In this document: positions 10,158 through 24,500 of the stretch, piece after piece
Layout of the letters: the number at the start of each line of letters is the position of its first letter
Numbering within the stretch: the stretch's first letter is position 1
NCBI GenBank assembly: GCA_022813865.1
Contig: JALDZX010000002.1
Coordinates: 1-64,000, forward strand
DNA: 64,000 nucleotides
Direction of reading: 5' to 3'
Source of the DNA: Xylographa opegraphella
Lineage: Eukaryota
Program-made: the position numbers and the translations under genes
The notes under the pieces: model-generated
Told to the model about the DNA's origin: nothing
Databases searched by the model: none
The model's input: the letters and a program-made list of their open reading frames with translations, nothing else

Positions 10158-13100
10158 TCATGCGGGAACACCCTGGTCCGTTAGCCAACCCAACACGCAG
10201 AGAGAAACAACGTATAACTCACGAAAAGGAAAGCTAGCTCTCTCGTCCCCAACCTGCCAATACTCGCGCTCGCATTCTCATCCAGGGCTCCTTCGATCAC
10301 GGCTCTCTTGGTATCTTGCAAAGCGATGATACGATCCTCAACGGTATTGGGAATGAGTATCCTGTGCACCTGCACCGGCCTGCGCTGCCCGATCCGATGA
10401 GCACGGTCGATAGCTTGCTCTTCAATGTAAGGATTCCAGAAAGGATCTAGGATGATGACCTGTGAGGCTGCAGTGAGATTGAGACCAGCGTTGCCGGCTT
10501 TCAGCGAAACTAGGATGATTCGGCAATCCGGTTTGCTGTTAAAGTCGAGCACGGCGTCGTTCCGAAGCCCTGCAGACATTGACCCGTCATATCGCCTATA
10601 ACTCCAGTTGTTGCGATTGATAGGGACCTCAAGAAGGTCGAGGAGCGAAGTGAACTGACTGAAGATGATAGTCTTCTCTCCTTCCTTGCGGTCATTTACT
10701 GCCTGTAAGATCTCGATTGTCTTGTCGATCTTGCTGCTGCTTACCCATTCTTCGTCGAGCCGTTTCAAATATTTCTTATGAGCCGCTGTGTTCTTACGGC
10801 CTTCCACTTTAAGCTGTGCCAGAGTCTTCCTTGGCCGCTTCGGCCCTTTTGCTTTGCCTTTGCCTTTGAAATCCTTCTTCTTCTTCTTTTGCACCTTGGC
10901 CTTATCGAATGGGGATTTGCCTTTCCCGTAACCTTCCTCCCCAAGCTCGTCGTCATCAGTCTTCGACTCGTCATCGTCATCGTCATCCTCGTCATCAACC
11001 ACGAAACCATTCAGAGTCGGGTCATCGTCAGAGTCCTCTTCATCATCCTCTTCACTTCCGCTCTCGTCGTTGGCTTCAAGCTCGAGACTATCAGAACTTT
11101 CATCCTCGGATGACTTGGGCAGGTGGACCTTCTTGAACGAATTGTAATCGGTAACCTTTTTGGGATCAACCTTCCCACGACAATTAGGACATTTGATGAC
11201 CCGGCCTTCTCCACCTTCGTCATCAGCCATTGCTTGCGTCGGATCTTGAATCCTTGTGAAACATTCGGAGCATGTACTATGACCGCAAGGGGTGAATATG
11301 GTCGCGTTCTCTGCCAAGTCCATACATATGGGGCATTCAATAGCGCCTGCTTCTTTGATACGATTTACAACGTCAGCTGCCAGACCTTCCGCCAGATTGA
11401 TCATTTCTTTTGCTGAAACATCTCCAGCTACGCCGCTTGCAATGCCAATATCATTGATAAGATGTGGATGGCAACAAGCCTGTCTCAGCCTAAGGAGAAG
11501 GACAAGGACGTTCGAGTAATTCCTGCCGATAGTTCCTGCTCGGAGATATCTATTGAACCGGATCTGGCTCTGGCGTTGTAGGCTCTCATAGAATGACTGT
11601 TCATCGGGACTGAAAACGGCATGCTGGACTTCCGTCGTTCGTTCTGGTAAAGATAAGATGGGTTTACCATCGATCAAGGACTTCTTCGTTCGTCGTAATA
11701 AGACTGCTTTGAGGAGAGCTTGCAACTTCCGCATCGCGCCTTCCTTGGCAGTTGCACTACTGCCAGCAAGTGGCCGTTTGAAGTCCTGACATGGAATTAG
11801 CAATATGACCTATCATTACCGCGCGTTCGAGACATACGATATTGAACTTTTCCTGTACACAGTAGGGTTTGATTCGAAGGAAATGAATGAGGGAAAACAA
11901 CTCTCCAACATTATTCATCATGGGTGTACCACTCATGGCGAAACGTGTCAGGGCCTGTAACTCGTAGACTGCCTTAGCGCTTTTCGTGGCCTTGTTCTTG
12001 ATACTCTGGGCCTCATCAAGGATGATTCTGAATGTAAAACGTGAGTAATCCACATCCACTATCAATAAAAGAAAGAAGCAGCTGAACTTACCTATACCAC
12101 TTACACTCGTCCCCCAGCAGCGATAAGCGGTCGGTGTTCGACATGGGTCGCCAGTTAGGATTTTGACGTTTTTGAATGTCAATTATGAGTTTCCTGCCAT
12201 ACTCGGCCGCAATGGTACCATAGGTTGTCAATACGACATCGTACCTTTTCAATGTCTCCCAAGCTACTCTTGTACCTTTCGCGCCGTGGTGAATGTAAGT
12301 TGTAAGCCGATGCTGAGGGTCAGGCCGTAGTTTTAAAGCAATCTCACTCTCCCATTGTCGTAGGAGAGCTACGGGGGCAATTATAAGCGTGGTCTTACGC
12401 GATTGATCTGTTGAACGTCTCTTAACCATTAAGGCAATTGCCTGGATGGTCTTTCCAAGCCCCATATCGTCGGCCAGAATGCCTCCTTTATTGGAGCCCT
12501 CCTCCATCTTTATCATCCATTCTAGCCCTAACTTCTGATGATCGTACAGCGTAGCATCTTGACTCATTGATTCTGGATTTCCAAGTAATGTCCTCCGGTC
12601 CAAATCTTCGTCCGGACGAATATTTTCGAGAAGTGATTTAATATCAGACACTGATCGGTGCGGATCCGCTGACAAACGACCCAACGTTTCGATGTACCTT
12701 TGGTAATCCCCAATGGGATTCGCAGGGTCGTACGGATTCTCACGCATCAGCTGCTGAACCGTTTGCCGCCGCGACTCGTTGTACATACCTTGAGCCGGCG
12801 AAAAGCCCAAGAGCGACGGATGCTGGGGGATACCAGCAGGATCCGCTCCCGCATAATCGCTAGAACTGAAGTTGTTCGAAGCGCTCGAATAAGAGTTCGG
12901 CTCTCCGTCTAGGAGATGAGAGACCGCCGACTTGACCCCTCCTGCTACATTCATGAGACCCTGCCGAACCTCATTGTACGTTGTAGTCCAAATATCTGAG
13001 TTCGGCATGCTTTGAGCGGAATTCATGTTGTAAGGACCGGTATTATCTGGCCCGGTGAGATCGTAATAAGGGATTGAAGTATTGTAAGAACCGACCTGCG

Positions 13101-14454
13101 AACCCTGCCATTCATTCGGAATTTCTGAATCGAGAAGGTTCCATGAACCCCTTCTTATCAAAGCACGAGACTGACCCGTTTCATGGCCGAATGGAGAGGC
13201 TAGGTCTGCTTTACTCTCACGACCACTTGGGACGAAACTCGAGGGATCTATTTCGACCAAGTCACTTCCGAAATGGCCAGCTGTGTCGTCAAATACATCA
13301 TCGCTGCCCAAGTCAATAATGCTTGAAGATTGGGGTAATGACGTTTCGTGTGCTGATAACGAGTATGCTTGTTCCTGTTTGACAGATCCCTGCTTCGGTT
13401 GGCAGAGCCTGTTGTACCTATGACCGCCAGACGTTGGATCAGCTGGGATTGGCCGAGCCGGCGTGCGAAAGTTGGTAGACCAATCGAGTTGCGCGGGCGA
13501 TGAGGACGGTAAGACATCATGATGCCACGTAGAACGCGTAGACGACTCGGCTGTGGGTGTAGTACGAAGAGCCCGCTGATATTCTTCATGCAGCGATCGA
13601 GCGAGTTCTGCATCTTGTCTCTCTTGTTCCTGCTTCTCCCTTTTCTCTCGTTCAAACGCTTTCTGATCTTCTCGCATCCTTCGCATGTCCTCTCTGGAAC
13701 TACCGAGGAGCTGATATATGCCCGGGTCATCAAAGTCAAAGGAGTCTTCAGACGAAGGCGTTGCAGTTCCGGTTGGCACTGGACTTGGTGTTGTGCATCC
13801 TGTACGCATAGATTTCGCACCGCGATGTGTCCCGAGGGGTGGTAGGGTGAGTGAATGCCTTTGTCGCTTGGCTTGGCCGTTGCTAGATAGAGTAGGTAAA
13901 GGCGGCGTCGAGTCAGACAACATATGTTCCGGGCTTGATTCCGACGTCGAAGCTGAGCCGAACCCAGGATGGTAGTCTGCTGCGGGTGTGCTGGGAGTAT
14001 GTCGCAAATGCTCGAAGCTCCAAGTTGGCTTCCCAGTGGTCTGATGCTGGCCAAGCATGGGACCGTCGGATGCAAAGTGCCCTCCAAAGCCGTTCTGATA
14101 TTGTTGAGCATAAGCCCCAAAGCCGGACCCATAGCCTGAACTGCTTTGGCTCGTGCTGGGTCGCTGCATTTGATGGTCTCTGACAGCTATCCTGGGTAGC
14201 GTACGTGAGCCCCAAGATGTCGAGAACTCATTTGTTGTCTGTCGATCTCTCTCCAACGTATCGAATCCCGCCTCTGACTCTTTCTCCTTCAGGCGGGCTT
14301 CCATAGCCTTTACATCAGCTCTGAGATTTTCCTTGACCCTGGCAAAATCGGGCGTTCTGAAATCGAGAGTCGATAGTTGGAATTGCCTGTCATCGATCGT
14401 TTGGCGCAGCTCGTCGGCGGACAAGTCTGCCACAGTTGTCGATTGCATCGACAT
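10158..14454 (-). CDS. SNF2-family ATPase with RING finger and SIM-like motifs (Uls1/Ris1, Rrp1/2-like), 4 exons
   Basis: GGILADDMGLGKT, R|IILDEAQ, MSGTPMMN, RING CPIC..CGHSTC..C..CPNC, SLKAGNAGLNL and QAIDRAHRIGQ. N-terminal IIDLGSDD/LVEID. The last exon GVPA* is 10172-10158. Confidence 0.92.
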
Positions 14455-15789
14455 TTCGATCGGACACTGTGATGCTGACGTGGGTCCAAGTCAGAGGTAG
14501 TAGCAAATGTTAAGAATCGAAATTGAGAAGAAAGCTCTTTTCGCTGATGATCATGATTCCAGCAGTAGACTGTAGATTGCCCGTCGCTGCTTGCTTGTAG
14601 AGTGGGTCCCGACAGAGTCTCTCCCCAATGAAGATGGAAAGAGGGACATAAGTGAGATGGCGGATTAGGACAGACGCAGAAAAGGCTAGGCGGGTGTCCT
14701 CGGCATCGAAGGGGTGTTAAACACAAAGCAGAACCTGGGAGGATGTGTTGATGTTGAAGAGATAAGTCACGCTAAGAGGGCAGTTTGAACGCAGACGTGA
14801 CCGTGCCGGTACGGTAGTCAAATAAGTTTACTGTGGTAGTTAAGGTAGATGATGACCTCGCGAAAGGCCGGCCACAAGCTAAACAGGGATCCAGGCCCCT
14901 AAATAGCTCCCTAAATCTGGAGCCGTGCCTTCTGGAACCAGGCTCCGAGCTCGCTAGTTTCAACACGCGTGGCGCCCCGCGTGTGTTGAATTAGGTAAAG
15001 GAAAGGTGTAGGTAGATTCGCCACTGGGGGAGAGAGGGAAACAGACTACGGAGGAGAAAAAGAAAACCCCCAACCCACCCCCAAAAAGAAGAAAAAAAAG
15101 AGGCGCCGACACGACAACGGAAGTCAGGCACAAGGGAGCAATGGGAAGCGACGGATGTGTCCACACCGAATCCCACACGCACGAAGTAGCCTTCAATCAG
15201 GGATGCCGCGAGAATGCTGCAAGGCTGGCAATGCGGGCAAATCGCCTACGCAGGCGGAGCCTTCTCTTATGGCATCGTGCATCGTCGTCTCTCCCACCCA
15301 TTGGCCGGGCACGTCTCACCACAGCATGATCTGTCATACACGGCTACTGCGCATATTTCATGGTTTCGCTGATGGGGCATCAATGCTCCCTCTACCTAGC
15401 ACGCTCTGCACCGCCGCTAGCCTCAATCCACAGAACCGAGACCGCATCAGAAGAATGTTTGCTGCATGTGTACAGCCACGCTCAGGCACTGTGCCTGTTT
15501 TCAGACATTGCGAACCACGCCCGCCACCGTCCTCACCCTTCATCCGCACTGGAGCTGATGTGTGTCGGTAAGGTTGAAAAGCTCAACTCCCGATTTCGCA
15601 CCCAGCTGCATGGGGCAAATTTAGCTTGGAGATATAAGCGAATAGCGGCACGAACGCCCGGAGATCATCGAAATGCAGGGAGCCAGATGGGGAATCATAA
15701 AAAGTAATTGCTGTGGTACTCCTTCGCAACGTCGCCTCCGTTCGTGGAGATGTTTGAGAGAGATTGCGTGGGGAATGCATGTTCGCTCC

Positions 15790-18700
15790 TCAGCTACTAT
15801 GCGACCGGAGCAGTATCTGACAAGTCCGTTAGCTGGATACCATCAGTTGGCGAGCATGGGTGACAAACTCGTTCCAGTGGGTCCTGCTGATCCGCACTGA
15901 TGATAGCTGGGCTTCCGCATGCCCCTTCCGTCATGCCGGCCGCAGTCATGGCTCGGTTCTCCAATAGCGGTCGACTCATAACCTGGGTGGTCACAATTCG
16001 GTGCCCTGAGTTCTTTGGCGGCTCTGGCGGGTCATCTTTCGCAGATAACCGGGATTCCGTGCTGCGCTCCAGAAGCTTGCCCCCCAGGGTGGCGCACTTG
16101 AGGATGGTCTGCATCATCTGATTTTGCTTCAGAGGTTTCGATAGATATTCATCCATCTGTGCCTGAATGCATTTCTCGCGATCCCCAAGCATGGCGTGTG
16201 CGGTGAGAGCGATGATCGGAGTTCGGACCTGGCCTTGCTCTCTCTCCCATTCTCGAATCTTCGCCGTTGCTTCGAATCCACCCATGATAGGCATCTGGAC
16301 GTCCATCAGGACAACGTCGTAGTGTTTCTTTTGTATGGCTTCAAAAGCCTCGAGACCGTTGTTTGCGACAGTCACCCCATGATGGTACTTCTCCAGTATC
16401 TTGACCGCAAGCCGTTGATTGACTTCATTATCTTCGGCAAGCAAGATATCAAACGATTTCGAATGGTCCGATATCGAAGGCGCTGCCCTGCCTTCGAGAG
16501 CTGGAATCATTCCATTTCCAAGATCGATCAACTGACAGGGTGTTGTCATGTAAGACGTGATGCCGAGATCCAGCGCCAACTTCATGCTGACTGAGACAAT
16601 TGGAGCCAGAAGCACGATAGGAATGTACTTGAACTCGTCCACGTTGCGGAGTCTTTGGGCGGTGTCTACTCCATCAACCACAATCACATCGTATGTATTA
16701 GGAATGCCTTTGGGCGCTGGAGCTGAGGGTTCCTTGGGCCGTGGAGCCTGATGCTCAGTGCTGACAGTCATGGGAGTGAGGTCCAACTCTTTCAGCATCC
16801 CCGTTATCTGATTCGCATACCCGGTTCGTCCTTTGTCGATGAAGAGGACTCGATGACCTTTGTACGGAGCCAGCTGTGTTGAGAGCCCATTGAGATCCGG
16901 AGACGCCAACTTGACTACGCAGGTGAAGAAGAATGTGCTTCCATGACCGTAGTCAGAATCGACCCAGACATCCCCGCCCATTAGATTGACAAGCTTTTTG
17001 GAAATTGATAAGCCCAATCCTGTACCACCAAATCTCCTTGTCGTTGAACCATCAGCCTGCTGGAATGTATCGAATATGAGATTGAGCTTGTCCTTTTGGA
17101 TGCCTATACCTGTATCTGCAACGGAAAACTCGAAAGCGTATTCGCCCGACTTATGCGGAATCTTAGCCGTACCTTTAATGGTAAGTTTCACTTCACCATG
17201 CTCGGTAAACTTGATAGCATTCCCGACAAGGTTCAGGATGACCTGACGAAGTCGAAATGGGTCTCCAATAACGTAATCTGGTACGGAGCTGTCGACTTGG
17301 TATGCAAGATTCAGATACCTGTCATTTGCCCTTACAGCTAGTGTCTTGAGAGCATTGAAGACCGCTCCCCTCATGGAGAAAGGGATTGCTTCAATGACCA
17401 TCCGGTTAGCTTCGATCTTCGATATGTCCAGGATGTCGTCAATGATGGTTAGCAAGCTATTCGCGAGATTGTGAACAATATTCAACATCTCCCGCTGATA
17501 TTGCGTCAGATCAGTGTCGAGAGTCAATTGCGTCATCCCAATGATTCCGTTCATAGGAGTTCTGATTTCATGGCTCATGTTGGCAAGGAATTCAGACTTG
17601 GTTCTATTTGCAAACTCGGCTGCTTCTCGAGCGATCGTGTTCCTTTGGATACTGTCGCGCAATTCCGAAACCATCTTATTGATCTTCCGTTTCAGTTCGT
17701 CCATTTCGCCAGACGCGTTGACAGTAATAAGCTTGTCGAAATTGCCATCTGTTGCTGCATCCGTGATCTCTCCAAAGGCACGTACTTGCGAAGCTACAGT
17801 ATGTTAGAGAATTTTCGATATCGAGAAGGGATATTCACGAACTGAGGTTGTCTGCCATCGTATTCTGCAGCCAATCAGCAAATGAGACTGTGCAATACTC
17901 AAGGGATTACCCACCACATCCTCCGTGATCTCCTTCCACCGCCCTCGAACATTGTCCACAGCAGCTTGGCCACCCATCTTCCCATCAACGCCCACATCTC
18001 GTGCTACTCGCTTCAGCTCCCGAGCAAACGTATCTAGTTGTTGAACCATGTCGTTGCTGTATCGCGCATTAGCGTATTCAACGAACGAATTTTTTCCCCA
18101 AGGATGGTCCTCACATAGTAACTTTAAGCTTTAGGATCTCGCCTTGAGCTTCTACCTCGATTTTTTGGCTCAAATCTCCACGAGCGATCGCCTGAGTGAC
18201 GTCCGAAATACCGCGGACCTGGTTGGTAAGATTCGAGGCCATAACGTTAACGTTGTTCGTCAATTCTGCCCACTTTCCCTCTACGTTTTCTACGTTGGCT
18301 TGCCCACCCAGTGTCCCATCAGTTCCCACTTCTCTCGCAACTTTGCTGACTTCGAAAGCGAAATTGTTAAGTCGATCAACCATCTCGTTGCTGTAACCGG
18401 TCAAAAGCATGCACAACGACATCGTCACCAGATTTGATGCTTACATAGTAATCTTGAGATCTAGGATTTCACCCTTCACCTCAGCCTTGATCTTCTGGCT
18501 AAGATCTCCTTTTGCAACAGCTGTAGTGACCGAAGCAATCTCCCGCACTTGCGTTGTAAGATTCATGGCCATGACATTCTATACATCTTTAGCATGTTTT
18601 ACGGGACCATGATCCACAAGTATGGGTACATACGACGCTTTCTGTTAGGTCGGCCCATGTACCTTGTACATCATGGACGGTGGCCTGACCCCCCAGTTCA

Positions 18701-20144
18701 CCATCTGTTCCTACGGCTTTCGCAATCTTCGTTACTTCCTGGGCGAATTGTCGTAGCTGATCAACCATTGAGTTGATGGTCGACTTCAGTTCCAGGATCT
18801 CACCCTTGCAGGATGCCTTGACCTTTTGAGTCAAGTCTCCCTTGGCTACAGCAGTGGTGACAGTGGCGATATCTCTGACTTGGTTGGTAAGATTGCTAGC
18901 GAGTACATTGACTATCAGGAGTGGCATCAGCATATCGTAACAGCTGCAACGTCTCTTGGATACCTACCGTTGACTGTAAGATCGCTCCACATGCCCTTTA
19001 CGCCTTCGATTCTGGCCTGACCACCCAACACACCTTCCGTGCCAACATCACGGGCAACTCTGGTAACTTCCGTAGCAAACGTACGAAGGTCTTCCACCAT
19101 GCGGTTGATTGTCTGTTGTAATTGCAAAATCTCTCCTTGTGCTGGACGCTCTATCTTCTTGGAAAGATTTCCTTCGGCCACTGCGGTTGTGACTTGTGCA
19201 ATCTCTCGCACTTGATGTGTCAGATTCCCACACATGGTATTTACGTTTTCGGTCAGCTCCTTCCAAATACCCTCGACGCCGGAAATCTTCGCCTGGCCCC
19301 CTAGTTTACCTTCCGTGCCTACTTCTCTTGCAACTCGCGAGACTTCACTTCCAAAAACTTGAAGCTGCGACATCATTCGATTAATAGTTTCTTTAAAAGT
19401 CGCGATCTCCGGGTCCATTTCGACCTTGTGTATGAGAACCCTATGGCTCAGGTCACCATTCGCGACCTTAGTTATAATGCCTCCGATCTCCTTGAGCGCC
19501 TTCTGAAAAGCTTCGTTGGCTTGTTGATGCTTTTGTAACTCTTTTTGCAACTTTCCAATGTCATCGCGCTCGACCTTACAAAATCTCTCGTTGGTGTGTA
19601 CTTCCTGCTTTTCTAATCGATTGCTGACTTCTGTGAGAGTAGCTTTCTGCGAGTCGATTTCTTCTGCTTGTCTTCGAACGTAATCTCGTACATGGGCGAG
19701 GTCCTCTCCGCTGATCTGACGACCATTACTATCGCTATCAAGAGGCGCAAGGAAATGAGAGACACGGGCAAGTCTGACCGAGCTGGAGGGCAGCTTAGTC
19801 AGGGTGCGATCGCTGCTCCCGTTGACATCTGAGCCCGGTGAGACGCGTGGTGATGCAGGACGACGAGGCTCATCGGGCGTAGCTGGAAGTATATTGCCGT
19901 TAATAGTAGTAGCTTTGACCTCGAGATATTGCACTCTCCATTGAAGAGCCGCGAGCTCATCCTCAAGAGCAGTTTTCTCGTCGCAGGTAGGTCCAGGCAA
20001 TTGAATATTGGCCGATTTTGGGTCCTTGATCGAACCGTACGAGGACGGTATTTTATATTCGGAGGGGTTGTAGTGAGGAACACCGTCCCTGGCCAACTGT
20101 CGAAGAATGGCGCTTGCAGCAACCAGGGTCGAGGTAGCTGACAT
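15790..20144 (-). CDS. NIK1: Group III hybrid histidine kinase with poly-HAMP repeats, 8 exons including a 22-bp exon (17864-17843)
   Basis: Repeated [15 protein letters not shown] / NLTxQVRxIAxVTTAVAxGDL units. H-box [16 protein letters not shown]-box GGTGLGL, receiver VLMDVQMP, and C-terminal ILLRSHSS*. Confidence 0.97.
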
Positions 20145-21539
20145 GATGGCTCGTTGCCGAAAGGCGACTGTGATCTTACAATCACATAGGTTGTAAGATC
20201 GTAAGTGGTGTATATTGAGCAAGAAGTGTGTGGGATGTGAACTCCAGAAACCGCTCCTGTTAACTGAGAATGATTACGTTTGGTTGGTAGATTGTCGTGA
20301 GATTGGGAGAGCCGTTCTGCTCAAGGCTGTCGAACCCCGCCGACGTATCAGGAACTCGAAACCGTAAGGTTACCGAGGGAAATCATTAGACAGGGAGATG
20401 AATGATCCTTCCGCTCCGCATCACCTCCTGTGATACAGGTGTTGGCCCGAGGTTGGTGTGAATCGCGAAGGCTGGCGGATAGTGTTTGAACGTGCTCGCC
20501 CCGCAAGACACGATGATGTACGGACGACTAAGGATTGGCACTCTGGTGCGTAGAGAGGTACTCCGTAAGTAGCAGCAGTATACACAGCTTCGTGGAGAGA
20601 CGATGAAACGGGGGTTCTCACAGATGCATGGCGTGTGAACGGTCGAGCTTGGCGGAGACGGGGAATGGGGAATTCTACACGCTGCCACTTCGGTTGAGCT
20701 TGCAGGGATCTCGCTCGTTTAGGCCCGCCCAGTGGACGCCAAGGTCGATTAGGCGCAGGTGATCGTCGTTGCCTTGCCCCTAACTGCCCCTATTCCCCCA
20801 AGTGACTTGCCGAATCATACAAGAGTTCAAGGTAGGTCAGAGGACTGAAGCTCGGAGGCAACGATGCGAGGCATCTCCGATCGATTGGGACAACCTAATA
20901 AATGTTCTGCTTATCAGGGGCAAGTTGTCGGAGACGTCATTCCACTGATGAGTAAGGCAACCAGGACGCAGTCTGCTGTGCGGGGATGGCTAGACCTGGA
21001 GGAGATGTGCGGGACATCAGAGCTGGCAGTCCTTCATTGGCGAAGCTCAACGATGTCGCGCAGATTGTGGGCTTCATGTACTCTCGTGTATGGGCGTAGC
21101 CGTGTATGACTATGGACACTGCATGCGCAACTGACAACTTGTCTCCTGCATCAGCTGCTGAACGACGGAGTCTTGCAGCAAGCATTGATCGACGGTTATC
21201 GTGGCCGAACGGTCGAATACCCACGGAGACGCATTGCACAGCCGAATGACCTATCAGTTCAGGTATATTGCAACCATCAATATGTGATTCTTGGACGCCG
21301 CACGGTAAAGCGCGGCACTTTCATGGTATTGATCTAATGCTCTCGCCAACGTATCGGTGCAATGGATGCCGAGGTAGATATTGAAGCTATCTATCTACCA
21401 TACATGGTTCTTATCTTACATCCAATGCTTGACCAAAGTCGCCCTTCTGCCAAGTCCTAAGAGCGCGCAAGCCATACCTCGGAAACTCTGCTTAATGCTC
21501 TCAACTCTCTCGACCGTCGAAGACTCGCTGTCCGCTCGA

Positions 21540-24500
21540 TCACATACTTCGCGTCTTCCTTTCCCCAACTCTCTTACGTCCCCCTTGCTTTCCACCGTTG
21601 CGCGTTTTTTTGACCCATCCAGGACCTTCCGGCATACCCTTGAGCACTGTTCGCTCCTCATACTCGCTTCCGTCAGGATCCACAGGATCACTTGAGAGCG
21701 TGAGATCCACCACCTGGGAGTCCAGAACTGGCTGCGTTGATGACGCTGTGGGTAGGAAAGGATCCGAATATTCAAGATCCTCTCCGGCGGCAGACGATGC
21801 AGACGAAGTTATGAGGATGTCCGCAACCGAGAAAGAGGGAACCCGACGTTTGGGCCGTTCCATTGTAGAAATCTGAGAAAATGATGCGGACTTAGAGGCT
21901 AATTTGGGTGGCGAAGCATCTTCGTGGTCACTATCAACTCCTGTCGCGTATCGATTTTCTAGCCGTGAAGGTGCTGTGGATAGTACGCTTTCCACGGTAG
22001 GAAGCTCATCGTCAGAGTCAGTTCCGTAGTGTAATGAGAATAAACCTTCCTTTTTGGCTATTGGGCCGTTCCCTCTGGTCGATCGACGTGTTAATTGAGC
22101 GATTTTCGATGATGGTGGCGACACTGATTTTTCGATAAGAGGACTGTCCGATTTGTAACCATCAAGCTGGTTTGGCAAAATTGGATATGCAATGCTATCG
22201 TCCTTGATCTGGGGTGGATTCCACTCCTCTGACATAATATCATCAATTACTAGCTCTGTCCGCTCCTGAGCTTCTTGAGACTGTGAGTCTTTGATACTCA
22301 CTATATTCGATAGAGTCGTATCATTCGTTATTGTTGGAGCACTGTCGTTATGGTCGCTAGGAGTTGGTTTGCTACTCTCTTCTGCCCGAGGACTTGAACT
22401 AAACCCATTGGATTTTGGCGACTGAACCTCCGAGGTGCCTAGTTTCATGTCCGAATTCACACCATGTTCGTGAACATTCAAGGTCGCTGCTTCCTGAATG
22501 ACTTCGATTCCGCGCTCAAGATCTGAATGGACGTTGGACCGAAAACCAGCGTCTTTTATAATAAAAAAGATCTCTTGACGGCTTTCTTCGGTCATTTCAG
22601 GCACTTCTGCTAAATGTTGTTCCTCCCGAACGTGATACGGAAGGTCTTCTGAAGCACCCATTAAAGGTATGTCAGGAGCATTAGATCCTGGAGAAGCACC
22701 AGTATCAATCATCGAAGTGCTGACAGGGACGGCTGAAACTTGCTGGTACTCATCCATATCCGGATTTGCCGACATATCTATTGTTTCAACGCCGTGTTTG
22801 CTCGACGTACCCTCTTGCTGCAAATGTTGTTGAGATCCAACAGCTTTTACCAGCTTTGGTTCTATCATGTCTGCAAAGCTCATCTCGACCATATCATCAG
22901 GTTCGTCATGCTCGTCGTCCTCGTAATCCGGCATTTCAAATTTCGAGTATAGCCTTTCACCAGTCTTCGTATCATAGAGCTTCTTTCTGACAGGCCAGCG
23001 TCGCTGAATCAAAGAAAGCTCGAGAGAACCACTGTCCAGTGTATTAGTGATGACTGCTGTATGGTATTCGGAAACAGTTGGCTGCCAATTCGTTTCTTGC
23101 GACATCTCCAACTGCTGGAAGGCTATTGTGGCTCCTGGTAATGCTGTCTCTTGAGTAAGTCGATCGAGGCCAGATAGATCCGTGGATAGAAGTCGGACTT
23201 CGTTGTTGCTAGGTGTGGAATTGGTGGTTTGCCTATTCGTGTCACGCATCAGTTGCTCGTCAACAGCATTCTGCAGCTCGTCAGTCGCAGATGGCTGCGC
23301 AGATGGCTGCGCAGACACCTCTACCACACCAATATTTTTATCCACATGTTCTCTACTTTGACCCAGTCTATCCGGCTTTGCTTCACCACCTACGATATGA
23401 TGGCTCTGGTCGTCGTCTGCACTTTCATGATACAAGTTCTTTTGACTGCTCTTACGATTCTTGCCTCTACCTGGCGCTAATCCTCCGGATGCTCCTTGCT
23501 GCTGGGGATCCCATCTTTGAACAAAAGGAAATGGCGGTGTACTCAATTCGACACCGGCATAGCAGCACTCTACAGCCTCCAAAACAATCTTATCTTTCCA
23601 GCCGACATCTGTGTCATGGACAACAACCGCTGATGCGCCTTTGCTATGAGCTTTTTCGCTCCCCTTCACTTTCGGAAATGGCCTGATATTTTCCATCATT
23701 TTTTCGCGCAGCTTGGTTTCTTCATCCTTATTCCTTGGTGCTCGTAGTCCAAGAGATCCAAAGAGTAACCGGCGCGATGAATTCAGGTCAAGCTTGGAGC
23801 GCCGCTTAGTGGGCTCCGATGCTGTCGTAAGAACATCGTGAGATACCATGTTCGGGGTCGAGGACGTTTTGGGTAGTGTCTGATTTGCTCGGAGACTTGA
23901 CAACCCTAGGGTTTGTGTTTTAGGTGGGCGAAGTCGTTCTCGACTTGTGGAAATTTCGTTGTCGAGAGGCGCAACTTGTTCAGTACCTGAGGGACTGGCA
24001 TTGGCCTCCGTATGAGTGCCTCGAGCATTGTACGGGTTTAATCGTTCTATCAGTTCCTTGTCAACAGATCCTCTCCCATCTGTTCTATTGCCAAGTATAT
24101 CAACCCCACCAGATCGAATAGATTCTAACAAAGCGTTCCGTTTGGTCTCAAAAGCTTCAGAGACATCAGTAGCCTGTGCATGAGATTCAGTCTTCAAAAG
24201 AGGCTCTTTATCACTATGAGCATTCTCTCGAGCTTCGACCCAGCCGTTGTAGTCCTGTACTGTTGCTGTAGATGGAAGAACACCGATATTTTGTAAATGC
24301 TTGATCTTTTTGTTAATACGACGCCTCTGGTTACGGTTCCGTGTCTTGATTTGTCCCCGACTTGGTGGAACAGATATGCCCTTTTGCTGCTCATGCTTCG
24401 GTTGGACTAAACTTTGTTTCGCCGAGCTGTTCGGAAGGGAGAAAGATCTCTTAGGAGAGTCGGAGTCATCGTCAAGTTGGTGACCATTCCCAATTTCCGC

